NCBI GenBank assembly: GCA_050117845.1
Contig: JASFLY010000001.1
Coordinates: 32,001-96,000 of the forward strand
From: Candidatus Zixiibacteriota bacterium
GTDB taxonomy: Bacteria > RBG-13-66-14 > B26-G2 > WVWN01
Direction: 5' to 3'
Length of the DNA stretch: 64,000 nt
Made by a program: the position numbers and the translations under genes. Positions 29,626 to 40,017 of this stretch are shown one piece after another. Numbering within the stretch: position 1 is the first letter of the stretch; every line of letters begins with the position of its first letter. A model generated the notes under the pieces. That model saw only the letters and a program-made list of their open reading frames with translations. It was not told where the DNA came from and ran no database searches.

Positions 29626-30477
29626 ATGAATAAATTACGGATAACACCAAAACGCCGGTTCGTCACCGCGGCCACGGCCGTCGCCCTGACGTTGTCGGTC
29701 GCGGGCGCCCGTTCCGCCGCCGAAACGCCCGGCCTCCCGGAAACCGGAACCGAAACCGGAGACCCGCTGACCGAGCTCCGGGAACCGTGGGCCGCCGTTA
29801 CGGCCTTCCGCGGCAACGCCGCCGTCAAAATCTACGGCCCCGAGGAGAGCGCGTTCGCCGTCGCGTTCGGCCGCGTCATGCCGGACCGGACGCGCATCGA
29901 GGTATCCGCGCCGCTCATCGGGACTGTCGCGATAGTTACGGCCCGGGGCGGCGACGTCCTGGCGTATTACCCCGGCGACAACGTCGCCATCGTTGGCGCC
30001 GGAGCCGAAATGGACCTCTCCGCGCTGTTCGGCCCCGGCTTCGGGACGGACTTCCACGCCCTCGTCGACGGCCTGGCCGGCATCCCGTCGCTCTACGGCG
30101 CCGGCGAGGAAGAAACCGCCTTCGAGGCCACGACGAAGGATGGCGGGGACGGCCTAGCGACCGTGACCTGGCGTTCCCGGTCGGACGGCTCTCGCCACCA
30201 GGCCATCACCTACCGGCCCGAAACGGGTGAACTCGTCAACGTCCGTCTTTACCGAGAGGACGAGGCCGCCGCGGACGCTACCTACGGCGATTGGAACGAA
30301 ACGCCTCCCGCCGTGGCGCCGGGCACGGTTACTATTAAAACCGAGGACACGGTAACGGAAATCAAGATCACCCGTTTCGAGTTCAACGTGGAAATCCCGG
30401 ACGAAGCGTTTTCCACGACACCCCCCGAAGGGGCCACGGTGATGGAAGTCCCGGCCGGATTTTATGAAGAGCCGTAA
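29626..30477 (+). CDS. exported LolA/LolB-fold-like protein
   Basis: Signal peptide; PDRTRIEVSAPLIG, C-terminal NVEIPDEAF...PP; lies directly before ispE as lolB does. Confidence 0.55.
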   Translation: MNKLRITPKRRFVTAATAVALTLSVAGARSAAETPGLPETGTETGDPLTELREPWAAVTAFRGNAAVKIYGPEESAFAVAFGRVMPDRTRIEVSAPLIGTVAIVTARGGDVLAYYPGDNVAIVGAGAEMDLSALFGPGFGTDFHALVDGLAGIPSLYGAGEEETAFEATTKDGGDGLATVTWRSRSDGSRHQAITYRPETGELVNVRLYREDEAAADATYGDWNETPPAVAPGTVTIKTEDTVTEIKITRFEFNVEIPDEAFSTTPPEGATVMEVPAGFYEEP

Positions 30478-31357
30478 CGCTGTACGCTACGACGTTGCCG
30501 CACCGGCAAAGGTCAACGTCTGCCTCGCGATAACCGGCCGCCGAGCCGACGGCTACCACGATATCGCGACGGTTATGGCGCCGCTCGAGCTGGCCGACGG
30601 CCTTATCTTCGAAATCGAAGAAGGCCCCTCGGCGGTCGCCGTGACCTGCGAAGGCCGGAAGGGAGCGCCCGACGGCGCAGGGAACCTCGCAGGCCGGGCA
30701 ATCTCGGCCTTCCTCGCCGCGGCCGGCCTGAAAGCGTCCGTCCGCATCCACGTTCGGAAGGAAATACCGGTGGGCGCCGGCCTGGGCGGCGGCTCGAGTG
30801 ACGCCGGGATAACGCTCCGCACTATCAACGAACACTTCGGCCGGCCCCTCGGCGACGACGCAGTGTGGCGACTTGCCCGGGGCCTGGGCAGCGACGTGCC
30901 CTTCTTCTTGTGCGACGGTTGGGCGTACGCGACCGGCCGGGGCGAGTTCGTAACGGCGGTATCGGGGCCGGAAGGAGTGCCTCTCCTGTTAGCCGCGCCC
31001 GACAGGGGGATCCCGACACCACAGGTCTACCGGGAATTGACGCCCGGCGACTTCGCCGGGGACCTCGGCGCAACGTGGGATGTAATCGCCGACCTCCGTA
31101 AACCGGCGGAGCGCTGGTGGGGATCCGGCCTGAATTCCCTGGAGGGGCCGGCCTGCCGCGCCTTCCCCCTCCTGGCCGAACTGAAAGCCACGCTTCGCGA
31201 GCTAGGCTTCGCGAACGCCCGCCTGAGCGGATCGGGCGGGACCTACGTCGCCCCCGTGGCCGCCGAGGCCGTCCCGGCAGCCGAGGAAGCCGTCGCGGAA
31301 CTCACGCGGGCCGGCCACTGGTCAACCGTCACCAGCACGAGGAGATTCAAGAAATGA
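30464..31357 (+). CDS. ispE: 4-diphosphocytidyl-2-C-methyl-D-erythritol kinase
   Basis: APAKVN..L.I.GRRADGYH, IPVGAGLGGGSSDA, LGSDVPFF, LSGSG. Confidence 0.95.
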   Translation: MKSRNAVRYDVAAPAKVNVCLAITGRRADGYHDIATVMAPLELADGLIFEIEEGPSAVAVTCEGRKGAPDGAGNLAGRAISAFLAAAGLKASVRIHVRKEIPVGAGLGGGSSDAGITLRTINEHFGRPLGDDAVWRLARGLGSDVPFFLCDGWAYATGRGEFVTAVSGPEGVPLLLAAPDRGIPTPQVYRELTPGDFAGDLGATWDVIADLRKPAERWWGSGLNSLEGPACRAFPLLAELKATLRELGFANARLSGSGGTYVAPVAAEAVPAAEEAVAELTRAGHWSTVTSTRRFKK

Positions 31358-32139
31358 AACACATCGTACGGCCCCGGGTCCTCACGGCCATCCTGCTTTC
31401 GGCAATAGCGGCGTCGCTCGTGGCGTTGGACCTAACGGGCCGGGTTGAAGCTCGGGCTCTCCTTATCCAATGCAACGCCCCCGTATACCGCATATCCTCG
31501 TACGTCAAGGAGATGGAACGCGGCCGGGAGGCGCAGACGGACATGGCGGAGCGTCTCGCCCGCAGATCCATATTGGTAGGGCAGGCCGACCGGTACCGGC
31601 GCGAGAACGAGGCCCTCCGCGTCATGTTGGGTTACGACGTAGAAACGCCGTACGAAATGACGTACGCCCCGGTCCTGGAACGTCGCGCCGAAAGCTGGCT
31701 GGATACCGTGGCCGTGGGGGTGGGCCGTCGTGACGGCGTCGCTGTGGGAACGCCGGTCGTTGGGACCGAGGGCCTTGTGGGACGGGTGACGCGGGTCACC
31801 GCCGGCGCCGCCGAAGTCGAACTTGTTACCAGCGAACGGGTCCGGGTAGCCGTTTGCCACGCCCGTTCCGGTGCGACCGGCGTACACTACGCGGACGCGG
31901 CCGGCCGAGGCCGAGTGGCGTACCTCCCCCGCGGAACCGACGTGAAGGTCGGCGATTTAATCGTGACGGCCGGGACGAGCCGCCTCTATCCTCCGGGCCT
32001 GATCGTCGGTTACGCGCGTACGGTATCCCGGCCTTTCGACTCGATGTTCGTCGACATCGAAGTAGCGGCCGCGGAGGATATGACGGCGCTCGACAACCTC
32101 TTCGTCCTCGATTGGAGGCCGCCGGAAGAGGCCAAATAG
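31354..32139 (+). CDS. mreC: rod shape-determining protein MreC
   Basis: N-terminal TM, ENEALR.ML, G..DGV..G.PV....GLVG.V, GDLIVT.G....YP.GL.VG; ATGA overlap with ispE. Confidence 0.88.
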   Translation: MKHIVRPRVLTAILLSAIAASLVALDLTGRVEARALLIQCNAPVYRISSYVKEMERGREAQTDMAERLARRSILVGQADRYRRENEALRVMLGYDVETPYEMTYAPVLERRAESWLDTVAVGVGRRDGVAVGTPVVGTEGLVGRVTRVTAGAAEVELVTSERVRVAVCHARSGATGVHYADAAGRGRVAYLPRGTDVKVGDLIVTAGTSRLYPPGLIVGYARTVSRPFDSMFVDIEVAAAEDMTALDNLFVLDWRPPEEAK

Positions 32140-32205
32140 AAAATAGTAAAATAAAGCGGGGTCCTGGTCGGGCCCCGGCGTTCGAACGCGCGAATAGTGA
32201 CCCGG

Positions 32206-32234
32206 TTGATTTAACCGGGCCGTTTTCGTATAAT
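32206..32234 (+). promoter_or_regulatory. sigma70-like promoter for radical SAM gene
   Basis: TTGATT-17 nt-TATAAT. Confidence 0.6.
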
Positions 32235-32274
32235 AGCCCGGTTCTTTAACTGCTCTTAAGAAGGAACGGTTATT

Positions 32275-33300
32275 ATGAGAAGAACTCCGTTAGTCGAATC
32301 CTGTTTAGTCATCGGCCAATGCGCCGTCAATTGGTTCGCTCGGCGACCTCTCGTCGTTTCGTTCGAGGTAACCAATTCCTGCACGTGTTATTGCCGTCAT
32401 TGCGACCACGGCGGGCCGGTGGACGAGCCGAACCGCATAAGCCCCGCCGATATCCGGCGCTGGATGAAGGTCCTACACCCCGGCGCCATTCAAATATCGG
32501 GCGGCGAACCGCTGTTGCGCGACGACATCGTCGAGTGTGTGCGAGCGACGCAGAAGTACGGCGGCCTGCCCTATACCGTTTTCGTGTCCAACTTCTCGCT
32601 CATGACTGAGGAGAAGTACCTGGCCCTCCGGGACGCCGGCGTGGACCAGTTTTCGGTCTCGCTCGATTTCCCGGACGAACGGCACGACGGCTTCCGCGGC
32701 TACAAAGGCCTATTCGACCACATGGACGACCTCTTGCCCCGCCTCGCCGCGCACGGCTTCGACGACGTCGTCCTCAATACCGCGATAACGCGGGAGAATT
32801 TCCGCGAGGTTAACGATATAGTCGAACTCGCCCGGGCTTGGGGTGTAAACATCTCGTTCAGCGCCTATTCCCCCCGGCGGACCGGCGACGCCTCCCTAAT
32901 GCTCTCGGATCCAGCCGAACTCGCCGAACTCCGGGAGCAATTCGACCGGATAATCGCGCGCAAGCAGGCGGACCCCTCCGGTCATATCGTCAACTCCTGT
33001 ACCACCCTCGAGGGGACATATCGGTATTTCGAAAACGGTGGGACGCCCGGCTGTACTGCGGGCCTTCGCTTTCTAGTAGTGACCGCGGACGGATTCCTCC
33101 AACCCTGTTCCATGCATTTCTGCAAGCGCGGCAACCAGGCCGAACTCGTCCGCGACTTCACCGAGAGCAACGAGTGCGACGAGTGCTACGTCGCCATCCG
33201 TTCCTACCTCGACAAGGGCTTCTGGCAGCTACTCAAGGAGAACGTCGGCGACCACTTCTCGTTCCGCTTCAAAAGAGACCCTCAAACGGCTGCCGGATAA
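32275..33300 (+). CDS. radical SAM protein with Twitch/SPASM-like cysteines
   Basis: CTCYCRHC, SGGEPLLR, VSLD, C-terminal CTAG...PC...CDEC. Confidence 0.9.
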   Translation: MRRTPLVESCLVIGQCAVNWFARRPLVVSFEVTNSCTCYCRHCDHGGPVDEPNRISPADIRRWMKVLHPGAIQISGGEPLLRDDIVECVRATQKYGGLPYTVFVSNFSLMTEEKYLALRDAGVDQFSVSLDFPDERHDGFRGYKGLFDHMDDLLPRLAAHGFDDVVLNTAITRENFREVNDIVELARAWGVNISFSAYSPRRTGDASLMLSDPAELAELREQFDRIIARKQADPSGHIVNSCTTLEGTYRYFENGGTPGCTAGLRFLVVTADGFLQPCSMHFCKRGNQAELVRDFTESNECDECYVAIRSYLDKGFWQLLKENVGDHFSFRFKRDPQTAAG

Positions 33301-33320
33301 ACAAACCCTCGCAAAAAAAC

Positions 33321-33349
33321 AAGCGGCTCCTTCGGGAGCCGCTTTTTTT
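33321..33349. terminator. bidirectional terminator
   Basis: AAGCGGCTCC-TTCG-GGAGCCGCTT plus T run; A run upstream. Confidence 0.9.
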
Positions 33350-33378
33350 GAGCTAGTTGCGATGGGGGATAAAAGTTA

Positions 33379-34323
33379 TTACTGGTAATAATGCATCATC
33401 GCGCCGTCGGGCCCGACGGCCCAACCTTCGGTTGTGGATACCATGTGTATCGCGTTTAGTTGCCACTGGCCGCTGGGCATATACGGCTGGACCGTCCACT
33501 CGTCATCCTCGTACCGGCCTACGTGCAACTCGTTCCCGCCGGCCCAACCCAAGGACGACCCGGCGAACCCGCAGGATAAATAAGTGATACTGGAGAAGGG
33601 GCTATCGTATTTCTGAAAAGCCGTTCCGTTCCAATGGTAGATAGCCGCCAAATCCCCGACCACCCAACCGTCGTCGTCGGAGAAGAACTTGAGGTCGTAC
33701 AAGTCCATAGTCGGCGCGAAACCCGCTTCGTTCCAATCCGAGCCGTCGTAGTGGAGAACCGTACCATCGTCTCCCACGGCCCACGCCGAAGTCGCAGAAA
33801 GGACCCTCACGCGGCGAAGGGTTGCCGCCGTCGGAGACGCGACAGCGTTCCAATCCAATCCGTCGAACTGGAAAATTAAACCCCTTTCACCCACCGCCCA
33901 GCCCGACATCTCGTCCACCATCGCCAGGCCGTATATATCGTCGCCCGGGGACGGGTGCGGCCAGGTGCGCCATTGCGTGCCGTCCCAGCGGAGGAAGTAG
34001 TCCCCGCCGCCAGCGGCCCACACGTCCCCGGATGGCTCCGCCGAAACAGCGTAGAGGGGGCCGAGGTCGACCTCGGGTAAAGTCGCGACTTCCCACCTAA
34101 AGGCCGTGAAGTGCATCACTTCCGGTCCGCCCGAGATGTTCTCGCCCACCGTCCATACGTCACTGCGCGCGGTCGACGATACATCGTACAGGTCCGCCAC
34201 CGTAGGGCCGTTATGCCAGTACCACCGCGGCGATGCCTCCTCCGGTGGGTCCGGCTCGTAACAGGCCGTCAAAAGGAGCGCGGCCCCGGCTAATGCGAAC
34301 GCTAAATACCTCTTCATCGTCAT
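33379..34323 (-). CDS. beta-propeller lipoprotein (Ycf48-like repeats)
   Basis: Lipobox LTAC; about seven L..V......WAVG..G....DG..W repeats. Confidence 0.8.
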   Translation of the reverse strand: MTMKRYLAFALAGAALLLTACYEPDPPEEASPRWYWHNGPTVADLYDVSSTARSDVWTVGENISGGPEVMHFTAFRWEVATLPEVDLGPLYAVSAEPSGDVWAAGGGDYFLRWDGTQWRTWPHPSPGDDIYGLAMVDEMSGWAVGERGLIFQFDGLDWNAVASPTAATLRRVRVLSATSAWAVGDDGTVLHYDGSDWNEAGFAPTMDLYDLKFFSDDDGWVVGDLAAIYHWNGTAFQKYDSPFSSITYLSCGFAGSSLGWAGGNELHVGRYEDDEWTVQPYMPSGQWQLNAIHMVSTTEGWAVGPDGAMMHYYQ

Positions 34324-34340
34324 CCCCCGTTAAGTCGCCG

Positions 34341-34991
34341 TTAGTTTTCGTCCAGGCATAAGCGGCTCGTCGTTTTGAAATGCATTTTTACGAAATCGGG
34401 CAGAACGGTCCGCCCTTTCGTGCGCGCCAGCTTCCGTGCTGCCTCCTCGACCGAGGCCGACGCGCCTTTGGGCAACGGGAACCCGGCCTTTTCCGACAAG
34501 CGCGCCAAACGCGCCAAGAACTCCGCCCGCGCGACGACAGACGCCGCAGCCACCGCGATGTCCGTTTCCGCCCGGACCTTCTGGACCAGTTCTATTTCCC
34601 GGCCCCGCTTCATAAGCGCCCGCTCGACGTACGCGTCGTCGCCGAATTTGTCTGTCACGGCCGAGGTCACCGACGGAAACTCTTCGAGCAGGTTTTCGAT
34701 GGCGCGCGCGTGGGCCCACGCCAGAATCCGGTTCAGGTTGTCCAGCTTCGCGTATAGCTCGTTGTAACGGGCGGGCCCTATGGGTACGCGGGCGTACGGC
34801 AGTCGCTTCGTTATCTCGGCCGAGAGCGCTTCCACTCGCCGGTCCGATATCTTCTTCGAGTCGCGGACGTTCAGGTCTTTTAAAAACGCCTCGTCGCCGG
34901 CGTCGCGGACGTACACGCCAGCCACCACCAGCGGCCCGAAGTAATCCCCCTTCCCCGATTCGTCCGTCCCGATGCGGCCGACGTCCGACAC
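34341..34991 (-). CDS. rnhC: ribonuclease HIII (catalytic domain only)
   Basis: IGTDESGKGDYFGPLVV, VRDSKK, YN.LY....NLN.ILAWAH, VAAASVVAR, KMHFKT; start approximate. Confidence 0.9.
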   Translation of the reverse strand: MSDVGRIGTDESGKGDYFGPLVVAGVYVRDAGDEAFLKDLNVRDSKKISDRRVEALSAEITKRLPYARVPIGPARYNELYAKLDNLNRILAWAHARAIENLLEEFPSVTSAVTDKFGDDAYVERALMKRGREIELVQKVRAETDIAVAAASVVARAEFLARLARLSEKAGFPLPKGASASVEEAARKLARTKGRTVLPDFVKMHFKTTSRLCLDEN

Positions 34992-34996
34992 GACGC

Positions 34997-37012
34997 TTAG
35001 AACAGCGGGCTGACGGGCATGTCGGCAGGGGCCTCGCCCCCGGCCGGCTCCGGAGCCTCTGCGCCGAGGTAAGCGCTCAGGTTGTTCTTGATGTGAGCCC
35101 TGGCCACGAGGTCGCGATACCACTCCGAAATCACTTTGTCCCGGCGTTCCGAGAGCAGGCGCGCCCGGTACTCCTCGCCCCGCGTCGCGTATAGCGTCGG
35201 GTCCGCCGGTTTCTTCTCGAGTACCTTAATTATGAAGTATCCGGAGGGTGTCCGCAACGGTCCGACCACGTCGCCGGCCTCGGCCCCAAAGGCCGCGGCC
35301 ACGACGCCGTAGTCTCCCCCCAGTGCCGGCGCCGGCCGGCTGCGGGTGAACTCCAGCGTTTCGGCGTACGGCACGTCGGCCGCCTTGGCCGCCTTCTCCA
35401 GGTCCCCGGCCTCGGCGGCCCGGGCGTACAACTCCGAGGCCGCCCCCGCCACCGCTTCGAGCGCCCGGTCGCGGCGCCAATCGCGGGCGACTTTCTCCTT
35501 GGCCTCGTCGAACGGTTTGGCCCCCGGCTCGAGTTGGGCCTTGACCTGATACACGATATAACCCTGGAAGTCGTATCCGGCCCGGGGGTCGAAATTGCCC
35601 GCCGGCAGAGCCGAACCGACGTCACCCACGCCCAGCGTGAATGCCTCCTCGGAGACGCGCTTCTGCCATCCCAATTCGCCGATGCCGCCGTCGGCCTCGA
35701 ACGGCGGAGGCGTTTCGACCTTCAACCCCAACGTACTCGCTTCCATCGCGAGGTCGCCGCCGTCGGTCAGTCGGCCGGAGAGGTCCATCGCCGTAGACAT
35801 CGCGAGGTCCTCGGCCGCCGCGCTCTCAAGCGTTTCCCGTATTTCGTCCTTCTGTTCCTCGTAGGGTTGAACGTCGGCCTCGCGCTTGATGACGTGATAG
35901 CCGTATATAGTCTTAACCGGCCCGCTCATCTCGCCCTCGTCCAGGCCGAACGCGGCCGCCTCGAACTCCGGGTCCATCTGTTTGCGGCCGAAGTACCCCA
36001 GGTCTCCGCCTTTCTCGGCCGAGCCCGGGTCTTCGCTGAGTTCCTTCGCGACCACGGCGAAATCCTCGCCCCCGCGGATGCGGGCGGCCGCCGCGGCCGC
36101 TTTCTTCTCGGCCTCGCCCCACGCCGACTCCGGCGAACCGGGCGGGACCTGGAACAGGATGTGGCGGCAACGGATTTCCCCGGCGTCGAAGTGGATATTC
36201 TTGTGGCGGTCGTAGTAGGCGCGGACGTCCTCGTCGCTAATTTTTAACTTCTCGCGTTGCTTTTCGATGTCGAAAAGGACGTACGAAATGGCGATCCGCC
36301 GGCCCGCGTGGTACTGGTCGGGGTGGCTCGAGTAATAGGACTTGAGCGTTTCCTCGTCCGCCTCGGCCTTGGGGTCGACCTCGGCGGGGACGAAGGCGTA
36401 CGCCACTCGAGTAGACTCGGCCTCGCGGTCGAAGAGCGCCCGCGCTTCCGCGTCGGACACCCGAGCGGTGTCGCCCACCATGGCGAATACGCGCTCCATC
36501 AGTATCCAGTCGCGGAGCTGGCTCTCGAACTCGCCGGGCGTCACGCCCGCCTGCTCCAGGAGGAAACGTTCGTAAACGCCGGCGTCGAATTTGCCGTTTA
36601 TCTGGAAGTTAGGGTTCGACTCGATGAAGACGCGCACGTCGTCGTCCGTGACGCGAAGGCCCATCCGCCCCGCTTCGGCCATAATGAGTTCGCGCTGGAC
36701 GATCTGGTTGTATGCAGCTCCCACGGCCATGATGCGCATTTCGCGCTCGACCTGCTCGGTGAACGGCTGGTTCGACTCGCGTTGATAGCGCTGGTAGCGC
36801 ATCCGCATTTCCCGGCCGAAGACCTGCTCGAACTCGGCCTGGCCTATCTTGCGGCCGTTAATGTCGATTATGACCGGCCCGGAAGATTCGCCGCGGATTA
36901 TCTTGCGGAGCGTCGTCGCGCCCACGAAGAAGAGCGAGGCGACAAAGGCCACCGCCACCGCCCACATGACGGGCCTCATGCCCTCGCGCATACCTCTGAT
37001 TGACGTTACCAA
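34997..37012 (-). CDS. ppiD: PpiD-like membrane-anchored chaperone/PPIase
   Basis: N-terminal TM, SurA-N (FQINGKFD..Y), CRHILF...FAVVAKELSEDPGSAEKGGDLGYF...YGYHVIK. Confidence 0.85.
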   Translation of the reverse strand: MVTSIRGMREGMRPVMWAVAVAFVASLFFVGATTLRKIIRGESSGPVIIDINGRKIGQAEFEQVFGREMRMRYQRYQRESNQPFTEQVEREMRIMAVGAAYNQIVQRELIMAEAGRMGLRVTDDDVRVFIESNPNFQINGKFDAGVYERFLLEQAGVTPGEFESQLRDWILMERVFAMVGDTARVSDAEARALFDREAESTRVAYAFVPAEVDPKAEADEETLKSYYSSHPDQYHAGRRIAISYVLFDIEKQREKLKISDEDVRAYYDRHKNIHFDAGEIRCRHILFQVPPGSPESAWGEAEKKAAAAAARIRGGEDFAVVAKELSEDPGSAEKGGDLGYFGRKQMDPEFEAAAFGLDEGEMSGPVKTIYGYHVIKREADVQPYEEQKDEIRETLESAAAEDLAMSTAMDLSGRLTDGGDLAMEASTLGLKVETPPPFEADGGIGELGWQKRVSEEAFTLGVGDVGSALPAGNFDPRAGYDFQGYIVYQVKAQLEPGAKPFDEAKEKVARDWRRDRALEAVAGAASELYARAAEAGDLEKAAKAADVPYAETLEFTRSRPAPALGGDYGVVAAAFGAEAGDVVGPLRTPSGYFIIKVLEKKPADPTLYATRGEEYRARLLSERRDKVISEWYRDLVARAHIKNNLSAYLGAEAPEPAGGEAPADMPVSPLF

Positions 37013-37163
37013 AACCTTACCTCCAAACGGCCGGGCGAGCCGACCTTGACACCGCTAATCGGACTTAAGACGCACCTTAGAGTGTTTGAAGTTTCGCCGG
37101 TATCCTTGCCTGGAATCAAAGGCGCGCCGGGAGGCGCGCCCTCGACGTTCACATATTAAATTA

Positions 37164-39881
37164 CTAAACGGCGCCGTCGCGAATCGCGGCCTGCGCCGCC
37201 GCCAACCGCGCCACAGGCACGCGATAGGGCGAACAGGATACGTAGTTCAGGCCGATGCGATGGCAGAACGCTATGGTCGCCGGGTCGCCGCCGTGCTCGC
37301 CGCATATGCCGAGCTCGATTTGCGGGTTGGCCCCGCGGCCCTTCTCGACCGCTATCTCCATCAAAAGGCCCACGCCGTTTACGTCCACCGTCTCGAACGG
37401 GTTCTCCTTGAGGATCATGTTATTTACGTAATGGCTCAAGAATACGCCGGCGTCGTCGCGGGAGAAGCCGAACGTCGTCTGCGTCAGGTCGTTGGTACCG
37501 AAGGAGAAGAAGTCGGCCACCAACGCGATCTCGTCCGCCGTAAGAGCGGCCCGCGGCACCTCTATCATCGTACCGATTTTATAGGGCACCGTTACGCCCT
37601 CGGCGTCCATGATGGCCTCGGCCGCCGCCCGCACTACCAGTATTTGATTGTACAACTCGTTGACGTGGCTCACGAGCGGGATCATTATTTCCGGCTTGAC
37701 GTCGACGCCCTCCCGGGAAACCTCGACCGCGGCGCCGATGATGGCCCGCGCCTGCATCTCCGTTATCTCCGGGTAAACGATGCCGAGGCGACACCCGCGA
37801 TGGCCGAGCATCGGGTTCTGTTCCCGCAGCGATTCCACCTTGTCGGTCAACTCCGCCGCCGAAACGCCTATCTCCCCGGCCAGCTGTTCAATCTGCGCGG
37901 GGTCGTGCGGCAGGAACTCGTGGAGGGGCGGGTCCAGCGTGCGGACGACGACGGGCCGGCCTTCCATGGCCCGGAAGATGCCGGCGAAGTCCTGCCTTTG
38001 CATGGGCAGGAGTTCCTCGAGCGCGGCCCGGCGGCCCGCTTCGTCGCGGGCCACTATCATCTTGCGCACGGACTTGATGCGGTCGCCACCGAAGAACATG
38101 TGTTCGGTGCGGCAGAGGCCGATGCCCTGCGCGCCGAACTTGACGGCCGTCGTCGCTTGGTCGGGCTGGTCGGCGTTGGTCCAAACCTGAAGCCGCCGTG
38201 CGTCGTCGGCCCAGGACATGAACTCGACGAACTTCTGATAGAGCGGCGACTCGTCGGGACTCAACGTCCCGTCCAGCATGACGCGCGTTATCTCGGAAGG
38301 CTGGGTATCGATGGCGCCCAGGATGACCTCGCCGGTCGTCCCGTCTATCGAGACCTCGTCGCCTTCATTTACGACAACGTCGCCGGGCGCCGCGAACTGG
38401 CGCTTCTTATAGTCGATGCGGATTTCGCTGCAACCCACGACGCAGACCTTGCCCATCTGCCGGCCGACCAGGGCCGCGTGGGAGGTCATACCGCCGCGTT
38501 CGGTCAGGATGCCCTCGGCGGCCGACATGCCCTTGATGTCCTCGGGCGACGTTTCGGCCCGTACCAGGATGACCCGTTCGCCGCGCCCCGCCCACTCGAT
38601 GGCGTCGGCGGCGTTGAAGACGACCTTTCCGGCCGCCGCCCCCGGCCCCGCGTTGAGGCCTTTGGCGATGACCCGGCCGCCCTTAACCGCGGCCTCTTTC
38701 TGTTCCCGATTGAAGACGGGCCGCAGGAATTGATTGAGTTGTTCCGGCTCCATGGAAAGGAGGGCGCCGTTCCGGTCCATCAGGCCCTCGCTCTCCATAT
38801 CGATGGCGATAGTGAGCGCGGCGTGCGCGGTCCGCTTCCCGGCCCGCGTCTGCAGGAGCCACAGGCGGCCCCGTTCGAACGTGAACTCCAGGTCCTGGAG
38901 ATCGCGGAAGTGGTTCTCCAGCTTGGCCGCGGCCTCGTCGAGCTCGCGGTATACGTCCGGCATTTCCTCGGCCAACTTCGCGACGTCCTTCGGCGTCCGC
39001 GTCCCGGCGACGACGTCCTCGCCCTGGGCGTTCAACAGATATTCGCCGTAAAGGCCCTTCTCGCCGGTGGCGGGGTTGCGGGTGAACGCGACGCCCGAAC
39101 CCGAATCGTCGCCGAGGTTCCCGAAGACCATGGACTGCACGTTAACGCCGGTGCCCCACTCGTCGGGGATGTTGTTCAACTGGCGATACGCCACCGCCCG
39201 CGGGTTATTCCACGAAGCGAAAACGGAGCGGATGGCGCCCCATAATTGTTCCCTGGGGTCGTCCGGGAAATCGACGCCGAGGCGCTCTTTAACGGCGGCC
39301 TTGAAGAGCTTCACGAGTTCCTTCAAATCGTCGGCGCCCAGCTCCACGTCGAGTTTGACGCCCCGCTCGTCCTTGACCCGGTCGATTATTTCCTCGAAGG
39401 GATCGACGTCGTCGTCGCTTTCGGGCTTGAGGCCCAGGACGACATCACCGTACATCTGGACGAAGCGTCGGTACGAATCGTACGCGGGCCGCGGGTCGCC
39501 CATCTGGCGTGCCAGGCCGGCCACGGTTTTGTCATTCAGGCCGATATTGAGAACCGTGTCCATCATGCCGGGCATCGAAACGCGCGCGCCCGACCGCACG
39601 GATAAAAGCAAAGGATTGTCGACGTCGCCGAAGCGGCGGTCCAACGATTGTTCTACCCGGCCGAGTTGCAGTTCGGCCTCTTCTTCCAGCCCCGGAGGGA
39701 AGTCGCCGTGCTGGTAATAATATACGCACGCCTCGGTGGTGATGGTGAAACCGGGGGGAACCGGTATCCCGATGTTGGTCATTTCAGCCAGGCCTGCGCC
39801 TTTACCGCCTAACAAGTCCTTCTTCTTGGCGGTCCCCTCCGCAGCACCGTCGCCAAAGAAATAAACGTACTTCGCATCCAT
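37164..39881 (-). CDS. ppdK: pyruvate, phosphate dikinase
   Basis: LGGKGAGLAEM, SVRSGA..SMPGMMDT, GGMTSHAA, GLCRTEHMFF, GICGEHGGDP. Confidence 0.98.
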   Translation of the reverse strand: MDAKYVYFFGDGAAEGTAKKKDLLGGKGAGLAEMTNIGIPVPPGFTITTEACVYYYQHGDFPPGLEEEAELQLGRVEQSLDRRFGDVDNPLLLSVRSGARVSMPGMMDTVLNIGLNDKTVAGLARQMGDPRPAYDSYRRFVQMYGDVVLGLKPESDDDVDPFEEIIDRVKDERGVKLDVELGADDLKELVKLFKAAVKERLGVDFPDDPREQLWGAIRSVFASWNNPRAVAYRQLNNIPDEWGTGVNVQSMVFGNLGDDSGSGVAFTRNPATGEKGLYGEYLLNAQGEDVVAGTRTPKDVAKLAEEMPDVYRELDEAAAKLENHFRDLQDLEFTFERGRLWLLQTRAGKRTAHAALTIAIDMESEGLMDRNGALLSMEPEQLNQFLRPVFNREQKEAAVKGGRVIAKGLNAGPGAAAGKVVFNAADAIEWAGRGERVILVRAETSPEDIKGMSAAEGILTERGGMTSHAALVGRQMGKVCVVGCSEIRIDYKKRQFAAPGDVVVNEGDEVSIDGTTGEVILGAIDTQPSEITRVMLDGTLSPDESPLYQKFVEFMSWADDARRLQVWTNADQPDQATTAVKFGAQGIGLCRTEHMFFGGDRIKSVRKMIVARDEAGRRAALEELLPMQRQDFAGIFRAMEGRPVVVRTLDPPLHEFLPHDPAQIEQLAGEIGVSAAELTDKVESLREQNPMLGHRGCRLGIVYPEITEMQARAIIGAAVEVSREGVDVKPEIMIPLVSHVNELYNQILVVRAAAEAIMDAEGVTVPYKIGTMIEVPRAALTADEIALVADFFSFGTNDLTQTTFGFSRDDAGVFLSHYVNNMILKENPFETVDVNGVGLLMEIAVEKGRGANPQIELGICGEHGGDPATIAFCHRIGLNYVSCSPYRVPVARLAAAQAAIRDGAV

Positions 39882-40017
39882 GTGATCCTCCAGGGCGCGC
39901 AATGGCGCGCCCGACCTGCTCAGGTTACAAATTTTACTATATTATATTAAATCCCGTTAAATTTCAACTGCCTTGCGCCGTCCGATGTTATAATGCCCTT
40001 TATTTTTAAGGTGATAT

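Noticed and set aside
37086..39245. 719-aa plus-strand ORF
   Set aside because: Antisense shadow of ppdK, expected from GC-rich codon bias; no motifs
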